A stretch of DNA of 64,000 bases, from contig CAWJJC010000003.1 in the NCBI GenBank assembly GCA_963843145.1, positions 96,001 through 160,000 on the forward strand. The letters run 5' to 3'. This document shows, one piece after another, positions 9,389-18,634 of this stretch (position 1 is the first letter of the stretch; each line of letters starts with the position of its first letter). The DNA is from an uncultured delta proteobacterium. GTDB taxonomy: Bacteria > Desulfobacterota > RBG-13-43-22. Below the pieces are notes generated by a model that was not told the DNA's origin, ran no database searches, and saw only the letters and a program-made list of their open reading frames with translations. The position numbers and the translations under genes were made by a program.

Positions 9389-9421
9389 TTGGACGCTTCG
9401 CCCTTTTGGGTGGGCACCCCC
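9389..9421 (-). repeat. Terminal motif of the ~78-bp repeat family
   Basis: Minus strand GGGGGTGCCCACCCAAAAGGGCGAAGCGTCCAA directly after the acyl-CoA dehydrogenase stop codon. Confidence 0.65.
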
Positions 9422-10564
9422 TTACAATCCCATCATCTTGGCCACGATGGTCTTCATGATTTCGTTGGTGCCGGCGAAGATGGACATGACCCGCATGTCC
9501 CGCCAGGCCCGGGCTATGGGGTATTCCTCGCAGTAGCCGTAACCGCCGTGGAGTTGGAGGCATCCGTCGGCCACCCGCTGGGCCATTTCGGTGGTCCAGT
9601 ACTTGGCCATGGAGACTTCGGTGACCACATTCTTGCCCTCCAGGTGGTCGGCGATCAGCTTATCGAGAAAGGTGCGCCCCAGCTTGATCTCGGTGGCCAT
9701 CTCCACGATCTTGAACTGGCTGACCTGGAATTTGGAGATAGGCTTACCGAAGGCGGTGCGGTCCTTCGTATATTTAATGGTTAAATCCAACATATATTCC
9801 GCCCCGGCGACGGCGCCGATGGCGCACATCAGCCGCTCCTGCTGGAGCTTCTGCATGAGCATGATGAACCCGGTGCCCTTGTATCCCAGCCGGTTGGCCT
9901 TGGGGATGCGGCAGTCGGTGAAGTACAATTCGGCCGTGTCCTGGCTATGCCAGCCGATTTTTTTGATCTTCTTCCCTTTTTCAAATCCGGGGGTACCGGC
10001 TTCCACCAGGTAGAGGTCGATGGCCTCATACGGGTTTTCGACCGCCGGGTCCCGGGCTACCAGCACCAACAAATCGCAGTTGATGCCGTTGCTGATAAAG
10101 GTCTTCTGGCCGTTCAGGACCAGTTCCTCCCCTTCTTCGACCGCCGTGGTCCGGATGGCCGCCAGATCGCTTCCCGTGTTGGGCTCGGTCATGGCGATGG
10201 CGGTGATGAGGTCCCCGGAACAGCAGCCGGGCAGGTATTTTCTTTTTAATTCCTCCGTGCCGAATTCGGTAATGTAGGGGACGACCACGTCGCTGTGCAG
10301 GGGGGCGGCCAATCCGCCGTGATTGGTCTTGGTCAATTCCTCACAGACGATGACGGAATAGAGAAAGTCCGCCCCGGCCCCGCCGTATTCCTCCGGGACC
10401 ATGGGGCAGAGAAAGCCCTGGTCGCCCATCTTTTTCCAGGCGCTTCGCGGGACGATCCCCGCCTCCTCCCATTCGTCAACATAGGGGATGACCTCTTTTT
10501 CAAAAAACTTCCGCAGGGCGTCGCGAAAGATGCGATGCTCTGCGGTGTATTGTAAGATGTCCAT
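9422..10564 (-). CDS. Acyl-CoA dehydrogenase (long-chain type)
   Basis: AIAMTEPNTGSDL, LNGQKTFISNG, QERL, RTAFG, QLHGGYGY, IFAGTNEIMK. Confidence 0.93.
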   Translation of the reverse strand: MDILQYTAEHRIFRDALRKFFEKEVIPYVDEWEEAGIVPRSAWKKMGDQGFLCPMVPEEYGGAGADFLYSVIVCEELTKTNHGGLAAPLHSDVVVPYITEFGTEELKRKYLPGCCSGDLITAIAMTEPNTGSDLAAIRTTAVEEGEELVLNGQKTFISNGINCDLLVLVARDPAVENPYEAIDLYLVEAGTPGFEKGKKIKKIGWHSQDTAELYFTDCRIPKANRLGYKGTGFIMLMQKLQQERLMCAIGAVAGAEYMLDLTIKYTKDRTAFGKPISKFQVSQFKIVEMATEIKLGRTFLDKLIADHLEGKNVVTEVSMAKYWTTEMAQRVADGCLQLHGGYGYCEEYPIARAWRDMRVMSIFAGTNEIMKTIVAKMMGL

Positions 10565-10621
10565 AGGCCCTCCTATTTCGAAAAATCAGAGAAAAATTTA
10601 ATGCCGCTCTCAAGAATTACG

Positions 10622-10662
10622 CCCCCTCCCTTGATGAGAGGGGGGGCTGGGGGGGGTGGGTG
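10622..10662. repeat. Short palindromic REP-like element
   Basis: CCCCCTCCCTTGATGAGAGGGGGG hairpin followed by CTGGGGGGGGTGGGTG. Confidence 0.45.
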
Positions 10663-10670
10663 AAACCCGG

Positions 10671-11012
10671 TTATTCTCCAGCCTGGTTGATAATAACCGG
10701 ATACCGGTTCCCCTCCCGGTCATAAAAAACAACCTTCCCCGCTTTGTTCCAGAGGTTCTCATCCATACAGCAATAAAAGGCCTTGATTTCCCCCGGTTCG
10801 ATGCGCAGGTCCCCCGATGGCATGAGCTGGGCGAAGCGCTGGGTCCCCTCGGCCGTCTCCAGATCGAAGAAACTGGGCACGGAAACCGGCTCCCGGCCGA
10901 GGTTGGTGACGTGGATCTCGAGGTTCTGGTCAAACATCTTCAGGCCGCAGCAGGTTTTGAAGCTCAGGATGTCTTCGGCGGCCGAGTTCATGATGAGGCG
11001 GAATTTGAGCAT
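10671..11012 (-). CDS. Hypothetical protein (113 aa) within the lipid operon
   Basis: Co-oriented ORF between thiolase and acyl-CoA dehydrogenase; two CC pairs; no family recognised. Confidence 0.6.
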   Translation of the reverse strand: MLKFRLIMNSAAEDILSFKTCCGLKMFDQNLEIHVTNLGREPVSVPSFFDLETAEGTQRFAQLMPSGDLRIEPGEIKAFYCCMDENLWNKAGKVVFYDREGNRYPVIINQAGE

Positions 11013-11054
11013 AGCCTACAGGTACTTTTCGAGTATCGGCCGGTCTTCCTTCAG

Positions 11055-11151
11055 GTCATTGCGAGGAGTGAAGCGACGAAGCAATCCCCCTGGTAACTTC
11101 CGACTTCCCCCAAGCGTATTCGGGGGATTGCTTCGCTTTGCTCGCAATGAC
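11055..11151. repeat. Palindromic element of the GTCATTGCGAG...CTCGCAATGAC type (RPE-like)
   Basis: Terminal IR GTCATTGCGAG/CTCGCAATGAC and inner IR CGAAGCAATCCCCC/GGGGGATTGCTTCG. Confidence 0.8.
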
Positions 11152-11186
11152 GGGAGTGATGGCGGTTTTATTTCCACCCGTAGGCC

Positions 11187-12398
11187 TCAATTTTCATATT
11201 TTCCCACGATGGCGATGCTGCAGACGTTCATGAAGGGCACCCCGCCCAGATTGTGGGTCAGACCGAAGCGGGGATTTTCGATCTGCCGCTCCCCGGCCCG
11301 GCCGTGAAGCTGGAGGTACATCTCATAGAGCATGCGCAGACCCGAGGCCCCGATGGGATGGCCGAAGCATTTCAGCCCCCCATCCACCTGGCAGGGAACC
11401 CCACCCCCGTCCCGATTGTAGAAACCGTCCAAGGCGTCCTGGACGGCCCGTCCCCGCTCGGAGATATGGAGGTCTTCGTAGGTGACCAGTTCGGTGATGG
11501 AGAAGCAGTCGTGAAGTTCCATCATGCTGATTTCCCGACGGGGATCGGTAATCCCGGCTTCCTGATAGGCCCGCCGGCTGCAGACGTCGGTGGTCACAAA
11601 GTGGTCCCCATCCCATTGGTTGAAGCCCATTTCGGCTCCGCCGCTTAAGGCCAGTTGCAGGGCCTTGACGGTAATAAAATCTTTTCTCCCCAGCTCCTTG
11701 GCCTTTTCCACGGTGGTGACGATGGCGCAGGCCGCTCCGTCGCTCACCCCGCAGCAGTCGAAAAGCCCCAGCGGATGGGCGATGATGGGGGCGGCCATGA
11801 TCTGTTCCACGGTCACGGCCTTGCGCAGGTGGGCCTTAGGGTTCAGGACCCCGTTGGCGTGACTCTTGGCCGAGACCTGGGCCAGCGCGCGTTTCAGCTC
11901 CTGATCGGGAATCTGGTATTTAGCCGCGTAGGCGCTGGCTAATTGGGCAAAGGCCCCGGGGGCGGAGATGTTGGGAAACCAGAGCCAGTTCAAGGAGCCC
12001 AGTCCGGACCCCGGATTGGGGAGCCCCCCGTAACCCGTGTCTTTGAGCTTTTCCACGCCCATGGCCAGACAGATATCGTAGGCCCCGGAGGCCACGGCAT
12101 AGACCGCCCCGCGGAAGGACTCGGTCCCGCTGGCGCAAAAGTTTTCCGTCCGGGTGGCGGGGATCAACGGCAGGCGGAGGGTCATGGATAAAGGGAGGGC
12201 GCTCTTGCCCACGTTGATCTCCTCCATGCAGGTGCCCAGCCAGGCGGCTTGAATATCATCAGGCGTTATTCCGGAATCCTCCAGACACTCGGCGAAGGCC
12301 TCCACCATCAGTTCTTCGGCCCCCACATCCCAGCGTTCTCCAAAGCGGGTGCAGCCCATGCCGAGGATGGCAACTTTATCTTTGATACCGGTAGCCAT
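11187..12398 (-). CDS. SCP2-type (SCP-x / PhlC-like) thiolase
   Basis: ENFCASG (catalytic Cys), SDGAAC, HDCF, GHPIGASG motifs. Confidence 0.9.
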   Translation of the reverse strand: MATGIKDKVAILGMGCTRFGERWDVGAEELMVEAFAECLEDSGITPDDIQAAWLGTCMEEINVGKSALPLSMTLRLPLIPATRTENFCASGTESFRGAVYAVASGAYDICLAMGVEKLKDTGYGGLPNPGSGLGSLNWLWFPNISAPGAFAQLASAYAAKYQIPDQELKRALAQVSAKSHANGVLNPKAHLRKAVTVEQIMAAPIIAHPLGLFDCCGVSDGAACAIVTTVEKAKELGRKDFITVKALQLALSGGAEMGFNQWDGDHFVTTDVCSRRAYQEAGITDPRREISMMELHDCFSITELVTYEDLHISERGRAVQDALDGFYNRDGGGVPCQVDGGLKCFGHPIGASGLRMLYEMYLQLHGRAGERQIENPRFGLTHNLGGVPFMNVCSIAIVGKYEN

Positions 12399-12446
12399 AA
12401 AACCCTCCTAATAAATTCTGGTTAAGAATAGTTTACTTCCCGGGCT

Positions 12447-12511
12447 AAATCCGAATTCCGAAATTCGAAATCCGAAACAAATTCAAATGACCCAAATTCA
12501 AAATTCAAAAC
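12447..12511 (+). repeat. AAATTCG-type heptamer array arm with CAAATGACC core
   Basis: AAATCCG AATTCCG AAATTCG AAATCCG AAACAAATTCAAATGACCCAAATTCAAAATTCAAAAC; near reverse complement of 15460-15524. Confidence 0.75.
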
Positions 12512-12564
12512 ATTCCTGCGTTAGCGATGGACAATTTAGGTTAGGTAATGTTTTTAAGTCCGGT

Positions 12565-15301
12565 TTAAAATTTGAACAATTTTTCAATGAGCTGGGACTT
12601 CATCAAATCCCCTTCAATCTTCAACTTGCCGCCGGTGAAAGCCTGCATGGCCGGGAGCTTGCCGGACATCAGGTTCAGGAAGTCGCCGTCGGCCATCTTG
12701 ATGGTGGTCGTGGGTTTCTCAGAGAGCCCACGGCTGACCTGGCAGGTGTTGTCTTTGATGGCGGCCACCCAATCCCCGCCGCCCGGACCGGAGATCCGGA
12801 ACTGAAAGACCACGTCCACCCCGGCGGCCTTTTCGACCTGAAAAGCCTGGGGGAGGCCGTCGAAGACCGACTGGACGGTCGGCCCTTCAGGCGCCGCGGT
12901 CGGGGCCTCCGGCTGGGAACCTCCGCCCATAAGCATGTCGCCGAAGGCCAGCGTGGTGTTATAGAATTCCTTGGCCCCCTCCAGGGAGTGGATGGCCTTC
13001 CAGTTTTTGTCAATATCCTCGATCGTCGGCAGGGATCGTCCCTCGCCGATCAGGATTCCCGGGCCGGTAACGACGGCGGCCTGGTTGAAATAACCCAAGC
13101 CGGCGTTGAAGACCCGGCCGGTCTCCCGGCACTGTTCGGAAGACAGGTAGAGAACCAGGGGGGCGACGAATTCGGGTTTAAGCCTTTCGAAGAGATCGGG
13201 GGGCAGGATGTCTTCCGTCAACCGGGTGGCGGCCACCGGGGCCACGGTGTTGACCCTGATGTTGTATTTTTCCCCTTCCAGCTTCAGGGTGTTCATCATC
13301 CCCAGCAGGGCCAGCTTGGCCGCCGAGTAATTGGACTTGGCCGAAGTTGCCGAACAGACCGGCAGCGGAGGTGGTGAGGATGATCCGCCCGTATTTCTGC
13401 TCCCGCATTTGCCGGAAGGCCGGCCGGGTGACGTAATAAGCCCCATCCAAATGGACGGAGAGGACCTGATTCCAGTCCTCAGGACCCATTTTAAGCAGGG
13501 TCTTATCCCGCAGGATCCCGGCATTGTTGATGACGATATCCACCCGGCCGAAGGCCTCGACGGCTTGCCGGATGAGGGCCTCCCCGCCCTCGGGAGTGGA
13601 AACGGAGTCGCAGTTGGCCACGGCCTCCCCCCCGGCCGCCCGGATCTCCTCGACCACCCGGTCGGCCGGGCCGGCGGAACCGGCGCCGGAACCGTCCCGG
13701 GCCCCGCCCAAATCATTGACAACCACCTTGGCCCCCCGGGCAGCCAGCTCCAGGGCGTAGGTCCGACCCAAACCGGCCCCGGCCCCGGTCACGACGGCCA
13801 CCTGACCGTCAAAGCGGATGCCGGCCGGTTTTTCTTCTTTTACCGGTGGCTTAACCGGCAGAGGCACGGCCTTCCAGAAATAACCGGAGAACCCGCGGTC
13901 CTTGTCGGTGTACCTCTTCCGGAAAGAGAGCCGGACCGGCTGGCCGACCCAGACCTCGGCCAGTTCGCAATCGGTAAAATCGGCCATGAATCGTCCCCCG
14001 TCATCGAACTGGATCATGCCGTAGACCGCCGGCGGGTCGAGGGAAACCGTCAGCAGGTCTCCGGTAAAGGTCTTGATAAAGGCTGATTTTTGGGCAAACT
14101 CGTAATCTTCCTGGGTGTAGAATTTACGGCAGTCCGGGTTGACGCAGATATCCATTTTAGGAAACTGAGGGGTGCCGCAAGCCGTGCACCGGCCGCCCAC
14201 CAGCCCGAGGATCATCTGCCGCTTCCGGTAGAGGACGGTCATGGCCGTCTGGGTGGGGGCCTCGGCCCGGATCCCCATCTCGGTCTGAATCAGGTCCCGG
14301 AACTTCAGGAACTTGGGATAATTGTCGACCGTCTTTTTGTGCTTTAAGGACCCTTCAATCCCCTTTCGGGGGGGCAGTTTTTTGATGTTCTCGGTCACCC
14401 GGAAATACAGCGCGTCGCACCCCTGTCCGAAGCCCGCCAGCAGGATCCGCTCTCCGGGCTTGGCCTGTTCCAGGGCCTGGGTGAACAGGACCAGGGGATG
14501 CGCGGCGCCGGTCTCCCCGCAGACCTCGTGGAGGTTGTCCTGGACTTTTTCCGGAGGGGCCCCTAGTTTCTTGGCGATGTTGCGGTGTTCGGCCTTGAAG
14601 AAGCAGGGAAAGACCAGCTTGTCCACCTCGTCCATGGTGATGGACAGCTTTTGAAAAAGACCGTTGACCGCCCTGGGAATGATCTTGGCATACCCTTCGT
14701 CCCGGACCCAACGTTCCTCCCACATATAATCATATTTATTTTGAGCGCCGCGATAATGATCGACAAAATCCAGGGAGAGGGTCTCGGAACCTAAGAATTC
14801 GGCAATCACCCCGGTGCTGCCCACCAGGAGCGAAGCGGCCCCGTCGCCGAACCACATCTCATAAAAATAGGCGGCCTTGGCCTCCCGCTTGTCGGCCGCG
14901 GTTACCAGGATACTTTTTGGGTTCCCTTCCCGGAGGGAATTCAAGGCGGTAAGGAGCGCGCTGGTGCCGGAACGGAGGGAGGCGGTGATATCCTGGGCCT
15001 GGATGTCATCCCGAAGGTTCAGGGCCGTTTTGACAATGCCGGCGTTGAGGCGGTCGCTAAAGGGCAGGGTGGTGGAGCACAGGTAGATCGCCTCCACAGT
15101 CGATTTATCCATTCCCGTCAGACAGTCCTGCGAGGCGGCTACGGCCATGGTCAGGCTGTCTTCATCCCAGTTGCAGAAAGACCGTTCCCCCTGGGCGACC
15201 ATGACGATGGCCGGGGCAAGCCAGCCCATTTCCTGAAAGATGCTCATGCGGTTAAGACGGAGCCGGGGAAGGTAGCCGCCGTAGGATATGATGCCGATCA
15301 T
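12565..15301 (-). CDS. HMG-CoA-synthase-like + DUF35 (Zn-ribbon/OB) + SDR + SCP2 fusion, interrupted by a +1 frameshift near 13337
   Basis: ORF 13178-15301 has an HMGS/FabH fold (WDEDSLTMAV, GDGAA), CTAC..CVNPDC plus OB fold, and TGAGAGLG; ORF 12565-13722 supplies NYSAAK and the SCP2 tail; removing one base joins them into 911 aa. Confidence 0.8.
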
Positions 15302-15319
15302 GGGACCTCCTTAAAATTC

Positions 15320-15524
15320 AAATTCGAAATTCGAAGCACGAAGCACGAAACAGAAAACAATATTCAAGATTCAAATGACCGAAACAATTTCACCTCCCGA
15401 TCAGAAATAGGGCGAATTTCATATTTCTAATGGTGGCCGCGGTGGTTTAAGATCCGGGGGTTTCGGATTTCGAATTTTGGTCATTTGAATTTGTTTCGAA
15501 TTTCGAATTTCGAATTTCGAGTTT
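15320..15524. repeat. Inverted pair of AAATTCG-type heptamer arrays
   Basis: Left AAATTCG AAATTCG AAGCACG AAGCACG..CAAATGACCGAAAC (15320-15385); right GTTTCGGATTTCGAATTTTGGTCATTTG..CGAATTT CGAATTT CGAATTT CGAGTTT (15460-15524). Confidence 0.8.
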
Positions 15525-15547
15525 AGCTAAAGAATCTAAAGCCTGGT

Positions 15548-17653
15548 TTAGAACTTAAACAGTTTTTCTATGAGCTGTGATTTCATTAAATCGCCTTCGA
15601 TCTTCAGTTTGCCCGAGGTATAGGCCTGCATGGCCGGAAGCTTTCCGGACATGAGATTCAAAAAGTCTTCTGCGGACATCTTGATCGTGGTTGTCGGCTT
15701 TTCATGGAGGCCCGGGGTTACCGTGCAGGCGCCGTCCTTGATGGCGGTCGACCAATCCCCCCCGCTTTCTCCGGTGATGTGGAACTGAAAAACCACCTCC
15801 ACCCCGGCGGCCTTTTCCGCCTGGAAAGATCCGGGCATCCGGTCAAACACCGATTGGACGGTGGCCTCGGGGGGCGGGGCCGGGGCGGTCTTAGATTGGG
15901 GTTCGGGTCCGGTGAGCATGACTCCCAAGGCCTCGGTGGCATTGTAAAATTCCCGGGCGTCCTCCATTCGGAGGATGTCCGCCAGACGGCCGACCACGGT
16001 TTCCGGGGTGGGCACGGTCGACCCGTCGCTGAGCATGGCCCCCGGCCCGGAGACTACCGCCGCCCGATTGAAATACCCCATCCCGGCGTTATAGACGGCG
16101 CCGCTGACCGGGCATTGTTCGGAACAGAGGTAGAGGACCAGGGGAGCGACAAATTCAGGTTTGAGTTTCTCGAACAGGTCCGGCGGCAGGATATCCTCGG
16201 TCAGCCGGGTGGCGGCTATGGGGGCTACGGTATTGACCTTGACGTCATATTTTTCGCCTTCCAGCTTCAGGGTATTCATCAGCCCCACCAGTCCCATTTT
16301 GGCGGCCGAGTAGTTGGTTTGCCCGAAATTGCCGTACAGCCCGGCGGCCGAGGTGGTCATAATAATCCGTCCGTATTTGTTTTCCTTCATCTGCCGGAAG
16401 GCCGGACGGGTCACGTAATAGGCCCCGTCCAGGTGGACGGACTTGACCGCCTCCCAATCCGGCGGATCCATCTTCAGGAAAGTTTTATCCCTGAGGATCC
16501 CGGCATTGTTGATCAGGATATCCACCCGGCCGAAGGCCTCCAGTGCCCGGGCGACAATGGCTTCGCCGCCTTCCGGCGTGGAGACGGAGTCGAAGCTGGC
16601 CACGGCCTCGCCGCCCAGGGCCTTGATCTCTTCCACCACCCGATCGGCCGGGTTGGCGGAACCGGTCCCGGATCCATCCCGGGCGCCGCCCAGGTCGTTG
16701 ACCACCACCCGGGCGCCCCGTTTGGCCAGCTCCAGGGCATAGACCCGGCCCAAACCGGCCCCGGCCCCGGTCACGATGGCTACGCGGCCGTCGAAGCGAA
16801 TCGCCTCCTGGGGGACTTCCCCGTATTCAAAGACCCCATTGTCGATAATCACCTCGCCCGTGTCCGCTTGAATGACCCGCCAGAAGGCCTGGCCCCCATT
16901 CATTTTCCAGATCAGGGTTTTGATCGGGTTTCCCGGGATCAGGGGACTGCGGAAGCGGTTGACCATCCGGCGTGCCTTTTCCGGGGCCCCGGGGATAAGC
17001 TGCTGGATCAAGGCCCGGCAGGCATACCCGTGAGTGCAGAGTCCGTGCATAATGGGCCGGGAGAACCCGGCCATTTTGGCGAATTCCGCGTCCACATGGA
17101 GGGCGAAGATATCACCGGAAAGGCGATAAATCAGCGGTTGATCGACCGAGGGGCTGGCCGAAATCTCATAATCCGGGGGCCGGTCCGGAAAGGAAAACGT
17201 CCGCTGCGGGGCCTCCTCCCCCCCGAAACCCCCGTCCCGGCGCGCGAAGACTGTTACGATACTGGTGAAAAGCTTCCGGCCGCCTTCATCACGGGTGTCA
17301 AACTCGGCCAGGATCAGGGCGCCCTTGCCCGGGCCTTTGTCGTAAAAGTGGGTTATGGACCCCTCGGTGATCAGCTTCCCCTCCGGGGGGATGGGGTGGT
17401 GAAAGATCAACTCCTGCTCTCCATGGAGGACGCCGGCCAGATTGACGTTGCTTAGTGCCGCCAGTTCGGGCATGAAATCGTAAAGGGTCACAATGCCGAA
17501 ACTCGGCAGGACTTTGAGCTCTTTTTCGTAACAGTACTCCAGATCGGAAAAGCCTGCTCCCACGCCCAAGGCGTAGAGGACCGTGTCCTTCCAGGTGTAG
17601 TCTTTGGAAAAGGGGCCGATCTTTTTTCCTATGCCGTCCAAGTTAAGGGCCAT
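15548..17653 (-). CDS. Multifunctional enzyme: double-hotdog (R)-enoyl-CoA hydratase 2 + SDR 3-hydroxyacyl-CoA dehydrogenase + SCP2
   Basis: LYALGVGA, LHGEQ, YRLSGD...LH.D, PIMHGLCT; VTGAGAGLG, NNAGILRD, NYSAAK; SCP2 tail GKLKIEGD. Confidence 0.88.
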   Translation of the reverse strand: MALNLDGIGKKIGPFSKDYTWKDTVLYALGVGAGFSDLEYCYEKELKVLPSFGIVTLYDFMPELAALSNVNLAGVLHGEQELIFHHPIPPEGKLITEGSITHFYDKGPGKGALILAEFDTRDEGGRKLFTSIVTVFARRDGGFGGEEAPQRTFSFPDRPPDYEISASPSVDQPLIYRLSGDIFALHVDAEFAKMAGFSRPIMHGLCTHGYACRALIQQLIPGAPEKARRMVNRFRSPLIPGNPIKTLIWKMNGGQAFWRVIQADTGEVIIDNGVFEYGEVPQEAIRFDGRVAIVTGAGAGLGRVYALELAKRGARVVVNDLGGARDGSGTGSANPADRVVEEIKALGGEAVASFDSVSTPEGGEAIVARALEAFGRVDILINNAGILRDKTFLKMDPPDWEAVKSVHLDGAYYVTRPAFRQMKENKYGRIIMTTSAAGLYGNFGQTNYSAAKMGLVGLMNTLKLEGEKYDVKVNTVAPIAATRLTEDILPPDLFEKLKPEFVAPLVLYLCSEQCPVSGAVYNAGMGYFNRAAVVSGPGAMLSDGSTVPTPETVVGRLADILRMEDAREFYNATEALGVMLTGPEPQSKTAPAPPPEATVQSVFDRMPGSFQAEKAAGVEVVFQFHITGESGGDWSTAIKDGACTVTPGLHEKPTTTIKMSAEDFLNLMSGKLPAMQAYTSGKLKIEGDLMKSQLIEKLFKF

Positions 17654-17690
17654 CTTTTTTCCTCCAGGTTAATGTCTTTCAACTTAGGAA

Positions 17691-18353
17691 TTAGGCGGAT
17701 GGAGACTGCCGGCCCGGTTTTCTGCCCCCTCGGTCGAAAGCCGGGATCAAGATAAATTTCAAAGTCTCCTTGGCCAGCGAAATGTATTCCGGGCGTTCGA
17801 TTTTGAGAAGGGATCGGAAAAAGTTTTCGCCGGAAATAAAATTATGTATGGCATTCATGATGACCAGGACCTGCATTTTAACGGAGGCGGAGACGTTTTC
17901 CTTATCCCGGCTGAGACCCATGGAGCGGGCAATATCGGAAATGAATTCCGGGACCCTGAAATCCAGGCTGGTTTCGGGGCGGGTTTTGCCGAAGTAGCGG
18001 AACAGGACCAGGTTGGATATCTCCGGATGGCGGAAGAGAAAGTCCACTATCCGGTCGATGGATAGCTCCATCCGCCGGGCCAGGGGCCGCCCGTGGATTA
18101 CTTTTTCCACCGCCACCAGTTGCTGCCGCAGGTCCTCGTTGATATCTAAAACCACGGCCTCGTACAGGTCCCCCTTTTCACCCCAATGATAATAAAGAGT
18201 GGAAATGTCGATACCCACCCGTTGGGCGATCATTCGGGTGGTCGTTCCGTGATAGCCGTATTCTCCGAAAAGCTGCCGAGCTATCTTGAGGATCCGGGCC
18301 TTCATGGATTCCGGATCTCGACGAGCTTTTTCCAACGGGGTGCTCACGGCCAT
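17691..18353 (-). CDS. TetR-family transcriptional regulator
   Basis: ARQLFGEYGYHGTTTRMIAQRVGIDISTLYYHWGEKGDL HTH; start probably ATG 18353. Confidence 0.9.
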   Translation of the reverse strand: MAVSTPLEKARRDPESMKARILKIARQLFGEYGYHGTTTRMIAQRVGIDISTLYYHWGEKGDLYEAVVLDINEDLRQQLVAVEKVIHGRPLARRMELSIDRIVDFLFRHPEISNLVLFRYFGKTRPETSLDFRVPEFISDIARSMGLSRDKENVSASVKMQVLVIMNAIHNFISGENFFRSLLKIERPEYISLAKETLKFILIPAFDRGGRKPGRQSPSA

Positions 18354-18368
18354 TCTCCATATAATGTT

Positions 18369-18415
18369 TCCATCGATTGATGGAGAAAGCGTAGCATGAT
18401 CAGGGATAAAGTCAA
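18369..18415 (-). promoter_or_regulatory. Sigma70 promoter and overlapping palindromic operator for the TetR operon
   Basis: Minus strand TTGACT-16nt-TACGCT with extended TG; palindrome TCCATC-GATT-GATGGA at 18369-18384. Confidence 0.55.
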
Positions 18416-18617
18416 GGGAATATTTTTTCTGGAAAGGTGATTTCCAGCTCATTGAGCAGCAAATGCTCAAAAAACAGGGGATCACGAACCCGCCACCAAG
18501 GGAAACTGGGCGGCCCGAAATGGGTTGATCAAATTAAATGGTAGCAAAATTACAACGTTCGATAATACCGGAGGCCAGATCCCCTGCTCCGAACCGTAAC
18601 TTGCCGGGTGCCCGATG

Positions 18618-18634
18618 TTGGCATCGGTCTTGCA
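18618..18634 (+). promoter_or_regulatory. Sigma54 (-24/-12) promoter
   Basis: TTGGCATCGGTCTTGCA: GG-N10-GC with TGGCA and TTGCA consensus, upstream of a pilin gene. Confidence 0.7.

Noticed and set aside
13325-13350. Programmed ribosomal frameshifting at the two frameshift sites (13337 and 6975)
   Set aside because: No slippery X XXY YYZ motif or obvious stimulator; both are single-base duplications typical of sequencing error.
15704-17455. 583-aa plus-strand ORF (and similar long antisense ORFs such as 12487-13377, 33240-34160, 58556-59635)
   Set aside because: Antisense shadows of well-supported genes, expected with GC-rich codon bias; no recognisable motifs.
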